Part shown: positions 13,690-26,928 of the stretch, piece after piece
Layout of the letters: every line of letters begins with the position of its first letter
How positions within the stretch are numbered: the first letter of the stretch is position 1
Assembly: GCA_002633005.1 (NCBI GenBank)
Contig: NMRA01000026.1
Coordinates: forward strand, 193,407-257,406
From: Phoronis australis
Taxonomy: Eukaryota; Animalia; Phoronida
DNA length: 64,000 nucleotides
Reading direction: 5' to 3'
The notes under the pieces: generated by a model
Seen by the model: only the letters and a program-made list of their open reading frames with translations
Told to the model about the DNA's origin: nothing
The model's database searches: none
Translations under genes and position numbers: made by a program

Positions 13690-14205
13690 GGGGATTGGGT
13701 GACAACTGGAGGTGGGGTGGAACTGGGTTGCTGATGACGTGGAGGTGGGGTGGAGGGTTGGTGATGGCTGGAGGTGGAGTGGAGGGTTGGTGATGNNNNN
13801 NNNNNNNNNNNNNNNNNNNNNNNNNNNNNNNNNNNNNNNNNNNNNNNNNNNNNNNNNNNNNNNNNNNNNNNNNNNNNNNNNNNNNNNNNNNNNNNNNNNN
13901 NNNNNNNNNNNNNNNNNNNNNNNNNNNNNNNNNNNNNNNNNNNNNNNNNNNNNNNNNNNNNNNNNNNNNNNNNNNNNNNNNNNNNNNNNNNNNNNNNNNN
14001 NNNNNNNNNNNNNNNNNNNNNNNNNNNNNNNNNNNNNNNNNNNNNNNNNNNNNNNNNNNNNNNNNNNNNNNNNNNNNNNNNNNNNNNNNNNNNNNNNNNN
14101 NNNNNNNNNNNNNNNNNNNNNNNNNNNNNNNNNNNNNNNNNNNNNNNNNNNNNNNNNNNNNNGTGATGACTGGGGAGTGTTGGTGGTGAGAAATGGTGGT
14201 GATTA
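13690..14205. repeat. G-rich minisatellite (GGAGGTGGGGTGGAGGGTTGGTGATG-like) collapsed into an assembly gap at 13796-14162
   Basis: Repeat units are visible on the left edge of the N run, and related G/T-rich sequence lies on the right edge. Confidence 0.7.
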
Positions 14206-14597
14206 AATAAGGGCTAAAATGTCAAGCTCATCAAGATCGCTCGAAAAGAAAATGTGCCATGGGCCGACTGCAGTCGTGAAATCATTAAATTAACAATCGT
14301 GAACTGTGACATGAACCCCTTGGCCCTCTCCAACTAGTGCAAGGTACAAACAGTGCTTTATTTGAGCCTATTGCATGTTATTTATTCTCAAAGTTGGCTC
14401 TAATAAGCTGTGATAACCTATGAACCTAGACTGCACCCTCTTATCCTGATCTTGAAACCAGACAATTGGTTGTGAGATTACAGAGTTATGGTGTATAGGA
14501 AGACTTCATGAGAATATGTTTATGTCATTAAATTTAAACTTTCCCTTTAGAGTTGTGCACTGGTTTTTCCCAATTTCCATTTCTGCTGGTTTGTGGT

Positions 14598-14755
14598 AAT
14601 TGACATATCGTAAGCTCCGCCCCCTTGCAAAAAAGGAACAAACAATAAGTTTTATTGGACATGTTGTTTGTCGGGTAAAAATGGCGGCTTGGAAATGAAG
14701 GTGTGTCACGAATGCTGCGTCCTGATTGGTAAGTTAAGCCTTCATTCAAAATCAA
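14598..14755 (+). mobile_element. Degenerate copy of the MITE at 29671-29849
   Basis: Shares AATTGAC(A/C)TATCG, AACAATAAGTTTTA and TCGGGTAAAA(A)TGGC(G/A)GCTTGGAAA..GAAGGTGTGT. Confidence 0.7.
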
Positions 14756-15529
14756 TTGGCTCATACGTGAGGCTCCACCCAGTAGAATTAAGGTGAATAC
14801 TTTGTGAACTACTGAGCCATGCTTCTTGTCCAATTTTCAAAATTATAAACCTAGCCACGCCTACTTTTCCCATACGTATTCAAATATGCTACTTTCAAAA
14901 TGATAATTCCAAAAACTGACTGATCATGCTCTGATTGTTGGTGATGGGTAATTTCGTAGCTGATTGTCGAGGTTAAAGGTGCATAGTCTGATGAAATTGC
15001 GAATATGCAAATGAATTACTAATTTTCAAACTCCGGGGCATCCAGTGTGCTTTAATTAAGCCATTCCAGAACCAGTTACCGTGACAATTTTGCAAGTCGT
15101 GTTTTGCAAAACTATTTTTATGTAAATGGGCATGGTAATATTTCATCATTACCCTAATAAAACAAGGCACAGTTTTTATTATTTGTTGATTTCACTATTA
15201 AATAATGATTGCATGCGGTGTAGTATTTGAAGTTACTACAGAGTTTCGTATACGTTCAGACTTGTTTTAAGTGAATCAGATGTAGTGTTTCTTTTCCTGA
15301 TTATACTTGTACACACAGTTCTCCAGGAAGTCACTGGTGGGGCTTGCTATAAATTTTAGTATTCACGGTTTTAGTGAGACATAGCACTTTTAATCTCCAG
15401 AGAGTATCTCAGTAGAAGCTAGATGGTATTTTTGAAGATAGGGGAGAATTTTTAAGGTTAGCCAGCAGGTGGAGCTGCCCAAACTCAACCAGTGGGGTGT
15501 CTGCTTAGGATTCTTTTTGGTCACTATAT

Positions 15530-15678
15530 CATGGGTGGCACAGCACTGAAAAAAGTGGGGGCTAAAGCCCCCCATACCCCTGTGGTGCGCCACCTACAGG
15601 CCACGAGCAGCGCAGCACTGAAAAAAGTGGGGGGGAGGAGCGAAAGCTCCCCCAGCCCCCTATGGTGCGCCGCCCATG
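15530..15678 (+). mobile_element. Pair of tiny hairpin MITEs (CATGGGCGGCGCA...TGCGCCGCCCATG family)
   Basis: Two ~70-bp units with the core CAGCACTGAAAAAAGTGGGGG and inverted ends. The family recurs at 49233, 50515, 52779 and 56524. Confidence 0.75.
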
Positions 15679-16230
15679 TATATCTACTTACAATTTCACT
15701 TTCTGTTTGCTCCATATTTGTCACAAGGTGTCAGGATTGTAATGTGGATGCCAGCTGAAATCAGGGGACAAACACCCTCATACCCAAGCCTCAAGATGGC
15801 ACTGACTGGTTATCCATTTTAGGCTTGGTAATGGGAAACAAAAAGAATTCTGACACAATTTTACGGAAATCGATATCATGTGTTATATAATTTCGAATTA
15901 TTTTGCAGTTTTATGTAAAAAGGAAATCTAACGGTATATTGTAGCAATTGATGTTTAAATTATTGCAAAAATGATGTATTTTGATTTGAAAACAAGATTA
16001 ATTACTACCATACTACCGGTACGAATAAAAAGAATTGAAAATATGTATGAGAACAAGCTTTATTTCAAACAACAAGCAAAACAATGCCTTATGATTCATG
16101 AATGACAGCAACAATTTGCGTGTGAAAATACTTAAAATCCACCTTTGTTTTAATGACTTCAAGGCAGTGACCAATCATTGAGCAGAAGGTAATTCCGGCA
16201 TAACCAAGTCTCAAATGGCTGAATAGATCA

Positions 16231-16244
16231 GCGCCATCTTGTGG
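16231..16244 (-). promoter_or_regulatory. CTCF-like motif
   Basis: Minus strand reads CCACAAGATGGCGC, one mismatch to CCASYAGRKGGCRS. Similar motifs occur at 25219-25232 (-) and near 26970 (+). Motif match only. Confidence 0.3.
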
Positions 16245-16839
16245 CTTGGGGACGGGGCTGTGGGGACAAGTTGCTGCTGGGCAAATTGTTCATGAACAAC
16301 TGTAAATGGGTAGCCTAGACATGACTAATTGATACATTGAACATACACACGTGTTGAGCAAATACAGGAAGAACTTCACATGCTCAAAGACCTGAGTCAA
16401 TAACTCTTAACTACTTAAGAGTAGCTGAGCTAATTTGTGAAGTAAACACATGATTTCTATTAATACTGCCTTATTGGCTAGTGTGAATAGCTGCTGATGG
16501 AAAATGCGTTGTTCCGCTTCTGAAAGCATGTTGCTTGTTAAGTGGAAGAGTACTTACAGCTTTTCATCACATCATTTCGTATATGTCAATGTTTTGTCAC
16601 TATAGATGATGCTTAGAAAAATGTGCACCTTTATTGGTGCCGGCAATTAAAGATAAAAATGGAGTAAACTGGTCCCTCTGGCAGTGTCCGTTATTCGGTG
16701 AAACTGGTCACTGGTAGTTATTGCTCCAGTTTTACCCAATAATTGTGGAACTAATTCGCATCCACCCATTATTGCATTTTACTATGTGACAGTTTTGGCC
16801 AAAAGATGATAAAAACTTTAGAGCCAAGCAGTCACTGGT

Positions 16840-19411
16840 TGTTTGCTTTGACTTAGGATTTATGTTGGGAACTGAGAAGTATTACCAATCCAGGACTTGA
16901 AGCCAGACAATATTTTTTAAATACATCTAAGCATTCACGTGAGCGTTATGCTTTGAAAAATGAAAAAAGACCAATTTTGGAAAATATTTTGTCCGAAATT
17001 TGCAGGGTTTTTTCCGGCAACTCTTATTATTTATGATGAAGTTCCTTCAGTATGTTGGGCCAGTAAAATTTATTCCGTCAAAGTTTGCAGAAGAGTAAAC
17101 AAACGAGAAGACAACTTTATGTTGTACACTTGTCATCAACACACAATGAAATTTTGAACATTTTTGACAATACAGTGAGCATTTAAAAATGAAAAAATGA
17201 CAATTTTTGTCACTATTATTTGTAACCAAATGTGCAGTGTCTTGAACCTCTTAATATGTAATTAAATCTAATTCATTGTCATCAAATTTTTATTACTTTG
17301 AAGGTCGAAAATTTTCCAAAATTATTGTTCCATTCAGGTAACAAAAGCAATGCGACCGGAGTGTGATACTTGTATTCAATCCTATGTTGAAGTCTTAGAG
17401 TTCAGTCTCCAACGTGATATTAACATGAGGAACTATTGTCGCAATGTGAGTTGTCACTTCGCGAATTAGGTAAATTTACAAGATAATGCGTTACACCACA
17501 AACTGGATCAGCATTGAGTGATTGAGACGAAGACTCTCTGCGAATGCTCTCATAAAGGACAGTGAATGGTGAGACCACGTTGCTTCACCTGTGCCTCCTG
17601 TAAATGCCGCTCTACAGGTCCTGGTTTCACTGGACAGGAATGTTGAAACCATTTCCAAGTCTACAATAACCCAATATCTGTACAGTGTTTTTCTGGTTAC
17701 TGTAGCAGTGTTATCTTGTGTTGTAAAGTTTTGATCTGTAGTGGAAGTGAATGAACACAGCTTTGTTACATGCTGACACAGAGCCAGTGCACCCCAGCAT
17801 GTATTGTTAGCCTGGTCTCAGTTGTTGTTAAGTTTTGTTTGTCATTGTAATGGTTGCTTTTGGTATGAAAGTCTCATTGGTCTGTGCTTGTTTATTGTCC
17901 CCAGTTTCAGAGTGATGAAAACTATGTTTCCCTGTCTAGGAATGTTGTGGAGTCCATCTTGGGGTATACTGTCAGTTTTGACACTGATTTGTAACCCACA
18001 AAACCAAATTTTAGTAGTTCTGGTTGATCCCAGATACAAATTTGCACAAAAAATACACCCAGGTGTTTGTACAAATTGTAGTTACCATGTTATGTTTATT
18101 TCAAAAGTCTTTTTATGTCTNTGTTTGCTTTGATTTAGGATTTATGTTGAGAACTGAGAAGTATTACCAATCCAGGATTTTAAGCCCTGAACAATATTTT
18201 TTTAAATACATCTAAGCATTCACGTGAGCGTTAGGCTTTGAGAAATGAATAAAGACCGTATTTTGGAAAATATTTTGTCCGAAATTTGCAGGGTTTTACC
18301 GGCAACTCTATTACTTATGATGAAGATCCTTCAGTATGTTGGGCCAGTAAGATTTATTCCGTCAAAGTTTGCAGAAGAGTAAACAAACGAGAAGACAACT
18401 TTATGTAGTACACTTGTCATCAACACACAATGAAATTTTGAACATTTTTGACAATACAGTGAGCATTTAAAAATGAAAAAAATTACAATTTTTGTCACTA
18501 CTATTTGTAACCAAGTGTGCAGTGTCTTGAACCTCTTAATATGTAATTAAATCAAATTCATTGTCATCAAATTTTTATTACTTTGAAGGTCGAAAATTTT
18601 CCAAAATTATTGTTCCATTCAGGTAACAAAAAGCAATGCGACCGGAGTGTGATAGTTGTATTCAATCCTATGTTGAAGTCTAAGAGTTCAGTCTCCAACG
18701 TGATATTAACATGAGGAACTATTGTCGCAATGTGAGTTGTCACTTCGCGAATTAGGTAAATTTACAAGATTTGTAACATGCGTTACACCACAAACTGGAT
18801 CAGCATTGAGTGATTGAGACGAAGACTCTCTGGGAATGCTCTTATAAAAGACAGTGAATGGTGAGACGACATTGCTTCACCTGTGCCTCCTGTAAATGCT
18901 GCTCTACAGGTCCTGGTTTCACTGGACAGGAATGTTGAAACCATTTCCAAGTCTACAATAATCCAATATCTGAACAGTGTTTTTCTGTTTACTGTAGCAG
19001 TGTTATCTTGTGTTGTAAAGTTTTGATCTGTAGTGGAAGTGAATGAACACAGCTTTGTTACATGCTGACACAGAGCCAGTGCACCCCAGCATGTATTGTT
19101 AGCCTGGTCTCAGTTGTTGTTAAGTTTTGTTTGTCATTGTAATGGTTGCTTTTGGTATGAAAGTCTCATTGGTCTGTGCTTGTTTATTGTCCCCAGGTTC
19201 AGAGTGATGAAAACTATGTTTCCCTGTCTAGGAATGTTGTGGAGTCCATCTTGGGTATACTGTCAGTTTTGACACTGATTTGTAACCCACAAAACCAAAT
19301 TTTAGTAGTTCTGGTTGATCCCAGATACAAATTTGCACAAAAAATACACCCAGGTGTTTGTACAAATTGTAGTTACCATGTTATGTTTATTTCAAAAGTC
19401 TTTTTATGTCT
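16840..19411. repeat. Tandem duplication (16840-18120 / 18122-19411) around a single N; probable haplotype artefact
   Basis: Colinear near-identical copies either side of n18121. Confidence 0.9.
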
Positions 19412-22130
19412 TGTTAAGACACAGAAAACTTGGCCATAAATGTAAGATATGCCAGTTACCTGGTGTTTGATAGTTAACTTAACATTCTGCCACTGTATGT
19501 GGACTCCATTAATAACACACCTGTTGATTATAGCTGGCAGATATTGCAGGTAATTGGTATTTTGACCTATTGATGAGCAGTAGGTAATTTGCAGTTGTTT
19601 GATTTACCTGTCTGGAAGGACTGAGGCTTCCCACAGGGCAATTGCTATTTTCCTGGTTGGGTTAGGAGGTCATTATGTTATTTCAATAGTATCCAAACTG
19701 AAGGGAGTGTTCATGGCAGTGTTTAGGCCCTTAGGCTTATGTGTGTGAAGCTTAGATGTGCCCTTATCCAGGGCCTAAGCAATTATTACTTTTAAACTGA
19801 TTCTAACTATTGTAACTAAGTTACTATTGTGTGGTTATAACCCTCAATCTGTGAAGGTGGTTTATGAAGGGGTTACAATGGGTTTTAATTGATAGTTAAA
19901 CATTTGATCTAACTCTGTATAGAGGTGTATGGGCTCAAAATGCAGGCATGTAGTGTGGTGAATTTTGCACAGCAGTGGAATGTCTTACGGTAAAATCTCA
20001 CCACTTTCAGACAAAAGGATTTTTCAAAATTGCCTGTATGACATTTTCCAAAAAATTAACTAAAAGTACTCTTGACGCAAACTGAAGTTCTTAAAGTGGA
20101 ACTTGCATGCTAATTCCTTATCTCTGCGATTAACTGGTCAAATTAGTTAGAAACACAACGTACAGCCACGGTGTGAATATGAAGTATATTGAAAATTGCC
20201 AAATGTTTTTAAGAAAAAGTTTTTTGTCGAAAACGATGCACGGTAAATCACTCAACCGTGTCCACTGTCCAGTATGGCCTGGTGGTGGGGAATAGCTCTG
20301 CATGTTGTGGGCCTCCAAGGTGCAAAGGTCGCCGATTTGTAGAATTTTTTGTTTTCACATTTACGAGTTGTCATGAAATGAACTGCACCTTGTTTTGCTG
20401 AGATGATGTTCAAATATCAGTGTCGTTTAGTTCCTGCTGTACATAAGCATATAGTTAGAAGCATGCAAATACATTGATTTCAAGGAACAAAATTCACTTG
20501 TCTGCCATGTTGTGGGAGGTGTTACAGTAAAGATCATATTAGAAAAGAACATCAAGTCCTCACCTGAGGGAAAATGAACTCTGAGTGCACTCTCAGTTTA
20601 GTGAATGGAAAATGTATCAGTCTCCATTTATGTGATATGATACTTTTTGTGAACAATTTTATCAGTTCATTTATCTTCTGGGACTGTAGGTAACTGTTGA
20701 GTGTGTCAATATTGATGGAGACAATCGGCTGCAGTGAAACAGTAGACACTTGATCTATGAAAGTCTTGGCAGTTGTTACTCATAGGGGACCTGGAATTTG
20801 AGAACCAGTTTGTTACTGTTTGATTCAGTGGAGAAAACTGGTTCTTAACACGTGGGACTTAGTGCTGCCTAGAACAGAAATCTATGTTTTCCTTGTTTTC
20901 TTGGTTCCAATCCATTGTTTTAGGTTCACTGTGAAATTTGTTTTTTTTTCTGGATTTGCTAGTAAGCTGGCTTTCTCATGAAAAAACTAGTTTTGTCAAA
21001 CTGGTTGACACACCCTTATCCTTGTTGCTAAACCATTTCCATGTTACCTCTGTCACAGACAGAATTAGTTGGTGGCCATGGACATGTCAGCTAGCTAAGC
21101 CTGTGAATGTTCAAGTTTCATCTGATACAGTCAAGATAAGGCATAAATCTCTTCTTATCAGCTACTAATCCTTGAAGTGACTGTTGATGCAAGTCTATCA
21201 AATCAGCAATTTACTGGTTTGGTCCTGACAAACCCTTTGTTAAGTTAAGGGTCTAAACCCTTCAAATGTCTTCCACATGAGATCTCTGCTCTTTTTGAAA
21301 ACATCAATGATCACTGACATCTATGCTTCCCATACGTTGCGCAGGTTTTTTTATAATCAATCCATTTTTGATATTTCTATGAAGACTACCCTAACTTCCG
21401 CTCAATTTGAATTTTCCTACGACTGAGTTCAGTTTACTAAAACAGCAATGTTTTCTCAGAGTCGCTGACAGTCAGTAACTTCCACACTCGTTGAATATTT
21501 TGCACAAGGCTCAAATAGTCTATCACTGACAAAAGTGGATTTGGGATTTCTTTATGTATTAAAAATCACCTCTTTGAGACAGTGAACTATTTTTATTTTG
21601 TTTTTTTCAGAGCTTTTATCAAATTTTAGAATAGGCAATATGTGTCGTTCTAAATTCAAGAATTACAATCGACAACAACCTAAAGTTCATCTCAGTCTTA
21701 CTCACTAGGGGGATGCATGAAAACATGGTGGCTATTTACAGAAATTTCGGGTTTTTTTTCATACGCTGCTACAAAACGCATATCTGTTATCAGAGAAATT
21801 GATGAACACCACTGTCACCCAAGCTCTAAGCTTAAAGCTTCAACTTTGAATGGAGTTAAGTTTCAGTGTCCTTAATTTTAGACAGTTTGTTAAATGGTAA
21901 AAATTTTATCAGGAAAACGCTACACTGAGTTTCAGGCAGCGAAAAGTATATGTGACAGTCCAGGTTGAAGCTCATGTATCAAATTTTAGAAATTCCGTAG
22001 TCAATATTTGCCACCCCAAATTCATGAACTGCAACCAGTGATAACCATTCGTTCACCTCCATGTGGAAATGTTGCTTCTATAGCTATGTTCAATGATTTT
22101 ATTATTAATAACTGTCATACCTCTTTTCAG

Positions 22131-22255
22131 ACTGTTCATTCAATGTGATGAACTGCAAAATTGTCAATGGTCCCAATCTTCGCGATCAAGAAGATTCAAT
22201 TTCTGTTTGAATTCCAGTCTGCCATTGCCTAAATGGGAAAGTTTTAAGAGAGTTT
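22131..22255 (+). other. Candidate internal exon (125 nt)
   Basis: Acceptor CATACCTCTTTTCAG and donor TTT|GTGAGT. It is open in the phase-2 frame expected from the 9076 donor (LFIQCDELQNCQWSQSSRSRRFNFCLNSSLPLPKWESFKRV). Confidence 0.35.
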
Positions 22256-23391
22256 GTGAGTGCAGACTATAGTATAATGTAACAGGTGGAAGGAATCTTG
22301 GAAGAATTTTAGAACCAACACTTTTATCGTTGGGAAGTACTTCTTGAAAACACATACTTAAAAACTTGACATCAACTCTTCTCAAGATTTAATCGGTTTT
22401 AATCTCAGCTAAAGCGATAAGACCGATATTAATCCTTGTGTAAAGGTTGTCCCAGTCTGATAGCAGCTGACATTGTTTGTTTTGCAATAAATTCTTGATG
22501 ATGCAGGAGTGTTTACCAATACAACTGTGACCTGGCCTCTGAAATGAAACAAGTTCTCTATTCATTATTGGGTCTGTCTTTATTAATATGCAGCGTATGG
22601 GCTTTTGATTGTGTCTATCAGTCTATTTTGGACAAATGTTGTCAGTTAATATGCAGCGTATGGACTGTAGATTCGTAAATAAGTTTAGTAGTGTATATCT
22701 AAAAATGAGTTTGTATTTTCAACAATTGTGGTGTGAACTATAGCAAAGAGGGGGTGGGNTCTACAAGTACTCAGGCCATGACTTAAAGTTCAGGTGGAAG
22801 CAGCTTGGTAACACCTGCTCTGGCAGGGAGAGTGCAGTGACACCTATTGCCCAAAGCTGAAACTGCTGAGACTTTCAAGTAGCTGAGTCTCCACAGGGTT
22901 CAACTCGAACTTTCAGACCAGTGACATATTTTTGAAATTAATAACCGAAGTGCAACTGTTCCTATGTTGTTATTTGGTGTAATGATATGTCAACAGTCTT
23001 GGACGTGTTAATTAATTTTTATGATCCCTCATATTGCAATGGGATAACTGTTTGACAACTTTTTGTTTCTTTTAAGGCGTCATTAAACCCGTGCTTTCTG
23101 TGAAGAAGCCAGGTTTTGATTTAACCCATTTTCATTCGATTTATTTCTCATTTAGTTCCTTAGAAGTGATCTCCGGAAGAACTGAAAATTCACATCTTCT
23201 TTTGCCAAGCGTATAAAAAATTCAAATCAGGGACTGTGTGACCTGCGCTCAAGCTGTAACAAACTCCGTGTTCTTTTGAAACTTTGACATCATATCTTGT
23301 CTAAAGAACCACCTGAGACCTATTTTACTATAATCGCAAATTTTAGTAAACACCATGAGGAGCTAATATATGTATTTTGGTTCCATGTTAG

Positions 23392-23421
23392 CGTTACCAG
23401 GAAGAGATCTTCCTGGCGTTA
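23392..23421. mobile_element. 20-bp palindrome with flanking direct repeat (micro-insertion or transposon footprint)
   Basis: CGTTA-CCAGGAAGA-GA-TCTTCCTGG-CGTTA: perfect 9-bp arms and a perfect 5-bp direct repeat. Confidence 0.65.
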
Positions 23422-24902
23422 CTGATGTGTAAATCTATGATGGGGTTACAATGCTTGTTATGTGTTCTAATCTTGAACTGTTTGACTGGGATCTGGGTAG
23501 GATTTCTGCACTGTATTTACTCCAATACTCTTGTGTTTGGTATGAAAAGTAAATCTGCACCTCAAAACACAAACTGAATGAGTTGAGTTAGGCCATGTGA
23601 GTGTATGATACCAGTTAACCCCCGCTTGGATTTTGTATGTTTCACATCTTAATAACGCCCATTCACACAATCTCCTTCTGATGCATTCTGGGTAGCTGTG
23701 AATGCTAAGTTTGTTACTGTTTCTCAACGCCTCAAAGGCGTCGCAAACGACCCTTTGATTGTTTCATTTCAGTGCTATTTTTACTCTTGTTTTGATAACT
23801 ATGTCCATGTTTAGGCCCCTTCAGTATCTTGTTTGCTGATTTCCTCTTTTGAAAAGGCAAACATAACAGCTACTGTGTTATTGGTCAGAAGTTTTGTTTT
23901 GCATCTAGTGAGGCTCTTATTGATGGGGTTCAAAAGTGGAATGCTAAATCTACCTTTATTTCCACAAAAATCATATTCTAAAAGTTGTCCGGTGAATTAT
24001 GCTCAAAGGAGAACATGCTTTGGAATTTTTAAATAAGTGTCCGCATTTTAATTGCGTTGAGGCCTAATATTGCATGTGGTGTTTAAAAATGATGACTTGA
24101 ATTTTACTGTCAAGAGCCTCGTGCATTGTCTTTTCACACAGAATAGTAACCAACAACTCTAGAGAACTGGATCCATGCCTCCATTTTACTAATTCACTCA
24201 GTTTTGGTGTGAAGCTGGGTCACTTTTTAAGATCGACTATAATTTTACCTGATTTCTGTTGTTGATATTGAAGAGTGCTCTATTGGAAAATGAAGGTAGG
24301 ACGATTGACAAATGCAGTTTGCTGTTATACGTTACTGTATTGTTTTTTGAGCTGCTCTGTTCACATGTTTCTTGTGCCCTTTGCCAGTTTTCCTCCGTCT
24401 TCTGCTGCTTGGCCCTAAATGTGTCATCCAGCATTCACCACCCTAAGTTTATGAACCTTATTTTTCCGCATCAACCGCAATTCCTTTCATACAAATGCAT
24501 TTCTTTTGTCATGAACTCATGCGGTAGAAATCGGATAGATTTGAAACTTCATTTAAATATTCTCCATTGCTGTAATTCTCCACTACTTTTGCACGAAAAT
24601 GTAATTTCCAAAATTGTCATTTTTGCCAGTTTGCTAATGCTGATTGCTTGGGTTTAAGTGATGGGAACCAAATGTCATTTTATGAAATCTACGCAGTGCA
24701 ATGCAGTCTAGTAATAGACTGGCAATCTCTTAATCTTTGTTTTGTGGAGAAATTAAATAAAATAAAATTTCTTTTAGTGCCTGTTTTTGTGCTAAATAAG
24801 TGAAAGATTACCATAATTATACAAGGAAATGAATTGTGGTTCATGAGAAGAGAAGAGGTGAATGAAGGGGTTGGGGTGCTTGTCAAAATAAAAAAGTGCA
24901 AA

Positions 24903-24941
24903 ATGTATTGCGTTCATGCTGTTAATGAGCATGTCTGTGAG
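24903..24941 (+). other. Candidate short first coding exon (MYCVHAVNEHVCE)
   Basis: AAAATG start context and donor GAG|GTACGT in phase 0, compatible with the acceptors ending at 28040 and 33828. Confidence 0.3.
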
Positions 24942-26853
24942 GTACGTGAAAGAGGAAGACTGGTATGCGCTTCAGTGGCTAGCAGCTGCGCCGTTGTCTC
25001 AAAGTCAGATTTATTCTGATGAAACATTGCTTTTTGCATGGCTGTGGAGAGATATGTTCCGTTCTTTTGTTTCGTCCAGTCTGCTGTTGGCTAATGTGAA
25101 ATTCTACTGCACAATGTTTAATTTTGTTTTTTTTGGAACTCCTTGTATGGAGACTCATTTCAATATGGAATCTTAAACCTGATTGGAAAGTTTTCCTTGG
25201 GAAGTTTCATTTCATGAGACGCCCTCTAGAGGGAAATGTCATACTCTTTGGTGTTTACTGTTTACAGTACTGGTAATGCGCAGTTTCATTGAAGAAAGTG
25301 GTTCACTTGCGTTTCTGTTGTATATCTTCCAAGATAAAGAAGATATATCAGCCTGCTGAAATCATGTAATTTTTAGATTTTGAATATTTGAATATGATTA
25401 GTTTTGTTTTTAAAATACTTCTATTTTATTTTTTAAAAACTACCCCTCCATAATGTTTGCCCATGTACTATTATTTTGTAGTAATTGTGTTCTATTCGTT
25501 AGCATTTTATAACATTTAATTATAAATTTAACATCTGATATAACGTGATCAGTTGTTCTCTACAGTAATTAACACATACTGGTGGGATGTCCGACTTTAC
25601 CTGCCTCAAATTGTGCCTACAGACTCGCTAACTGGTCACGTGTTTTATTCTCCAGAGTTCCTGGTGGCGTCCGGTTTCCCGCCCACGACCTGGTTGTACC
25701 ACAGACTGATGTTGGCCCTGTTGAGGTCAGGATTCCACTCGTGTTGAACTCTCAGGTTGGTTTTGGGTCACATAAGTGATTGGACAGAACGATCACTATT
25801 GTCGGACTTCAAAGATGCTATGTCTCATTAAAACCGTGAATATTTAAATTTGTAGCAAGCGCCACCTTGTGACTTTCTGGAGAATTGTGTGCGCAAGTAT
25901 TATCGGGAAACGGAACAACTTTTAAACAAGATGAAGTTTTAATTGTAACTGGTTCTCGGATGGTTTCCGGCACACCGGAAGACCTGGGGTTGTTTGTAAG
26001 CAACTACTTCATTTGCATATTCACAATTTAATGAGATATAGAATATTTAATGTATAGGGTAAATTTTCATTTATTTGTCACACAGTACAGTGAAAGAAAT
26101 TTAGTTTTATTTTTGTTATCGTATTAATAACAAAACCGTTTGCATCGTTATTTTCATTTCTCTTAAAAATTAAAAAGTTGTTTTTCAAGTCTTTCTTATG
26201 CAAAAATACTTAAGTGTGTAGCCATTTGTGATATTCATTGCACGTGGTAGATATGATATTGTGTAAGCAAATTGTTTTTGACTCATTTTTCTATTTCTAA
26301 GCACTGGTTCTATACCCTATCGTCCCTTATGGCCTCTAGAAAAGTCAGCTTATAAAATGTTTTTGAATGGTGTTATCTCTCCAACTCACCATACTGCGTG
26401 TACGCGCTTTAAACATCTAAGATCTACCGATATATGTGTTACGACCTTTCGCCCTTCAGCCCGTCGAGACTCCAGCACTGCGGAAACTGTGGCTCTTCAT
26501 GTGGGGCTTCAACCCACACCCCAAACGATACTGACTCCGTCCTGGGGGTAAATACTGTGTCCAAGTTGTGCTGGTTTAGTCCCTGGCTTCGTTGAGTGCG
26601 TTGACGATATAAACCGCCTGTTGCAGTGTAGAAAACTGCATTTAGCTAGTACTTACAAATTGTGGACACGACTTCGTCTTATTGTGGACTAGCTCAAAAT
26701 GAGGTGTGGGTATATACTAGGACCCCCATGATATTACTCCAAGGCATCATTTACACAACTATCAGTGGTTAACTGGTGTGAAAGTATAGCTCACAAACAT
26801 TTAGTCCGGTCTGTCCTGCTACTGGTTTGATTGGATTTCTGTGTTTGACCGGT

Positions 26854-26928
26854 GGTCTCGATGGATCAGTGAATAGAGCATCTGCACAGATAGCATAAGG
26901 TCCTGAGATCGAATCCCGGTAAGGATCA
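26854..26928 (+). pseudogene. tRNA-derived sequence (tRNA pseudogene or SINE head)
   Basis: A-box-like TGGATCAGTGAATAGAGCA and B-box-like GAGATCGAATCCC at tRNA spacing. The acceptor and anticodon stems are mismatched, so it is not a functional tRNA. Confidence 0.65.

Noticed and set aside
13712-14206. Two ORFs of 130-164 aa in the ORF track
   Set aside because: They consist almost entirely of the N gap.
16040-16299. Possible antisense terminal exon (LFMNNLPSSNLSPQPRPQATRWR*) with a downstream AATAAA
   Set aside because: Weak acceptor, no upstream exons found and no recognisable protein.
20552-20790. Minus-strand ORF ending in CAG|GTGAGG
   Set aside because: In-frame stop just after the candidate acceptor and no protein similarity.
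25590-26620. GC-richer patches with a SINE-core-like CCGGTTTCC motif
   Set aside because: Too degenerate to delimit or classify by eye.
26854-26928. Functional tRNA gene
   Set aside because: Stems are mismatched, the B box is altered and there is no Pol III T-run directly downstream. Kept only as a tRNA-derived repeat.
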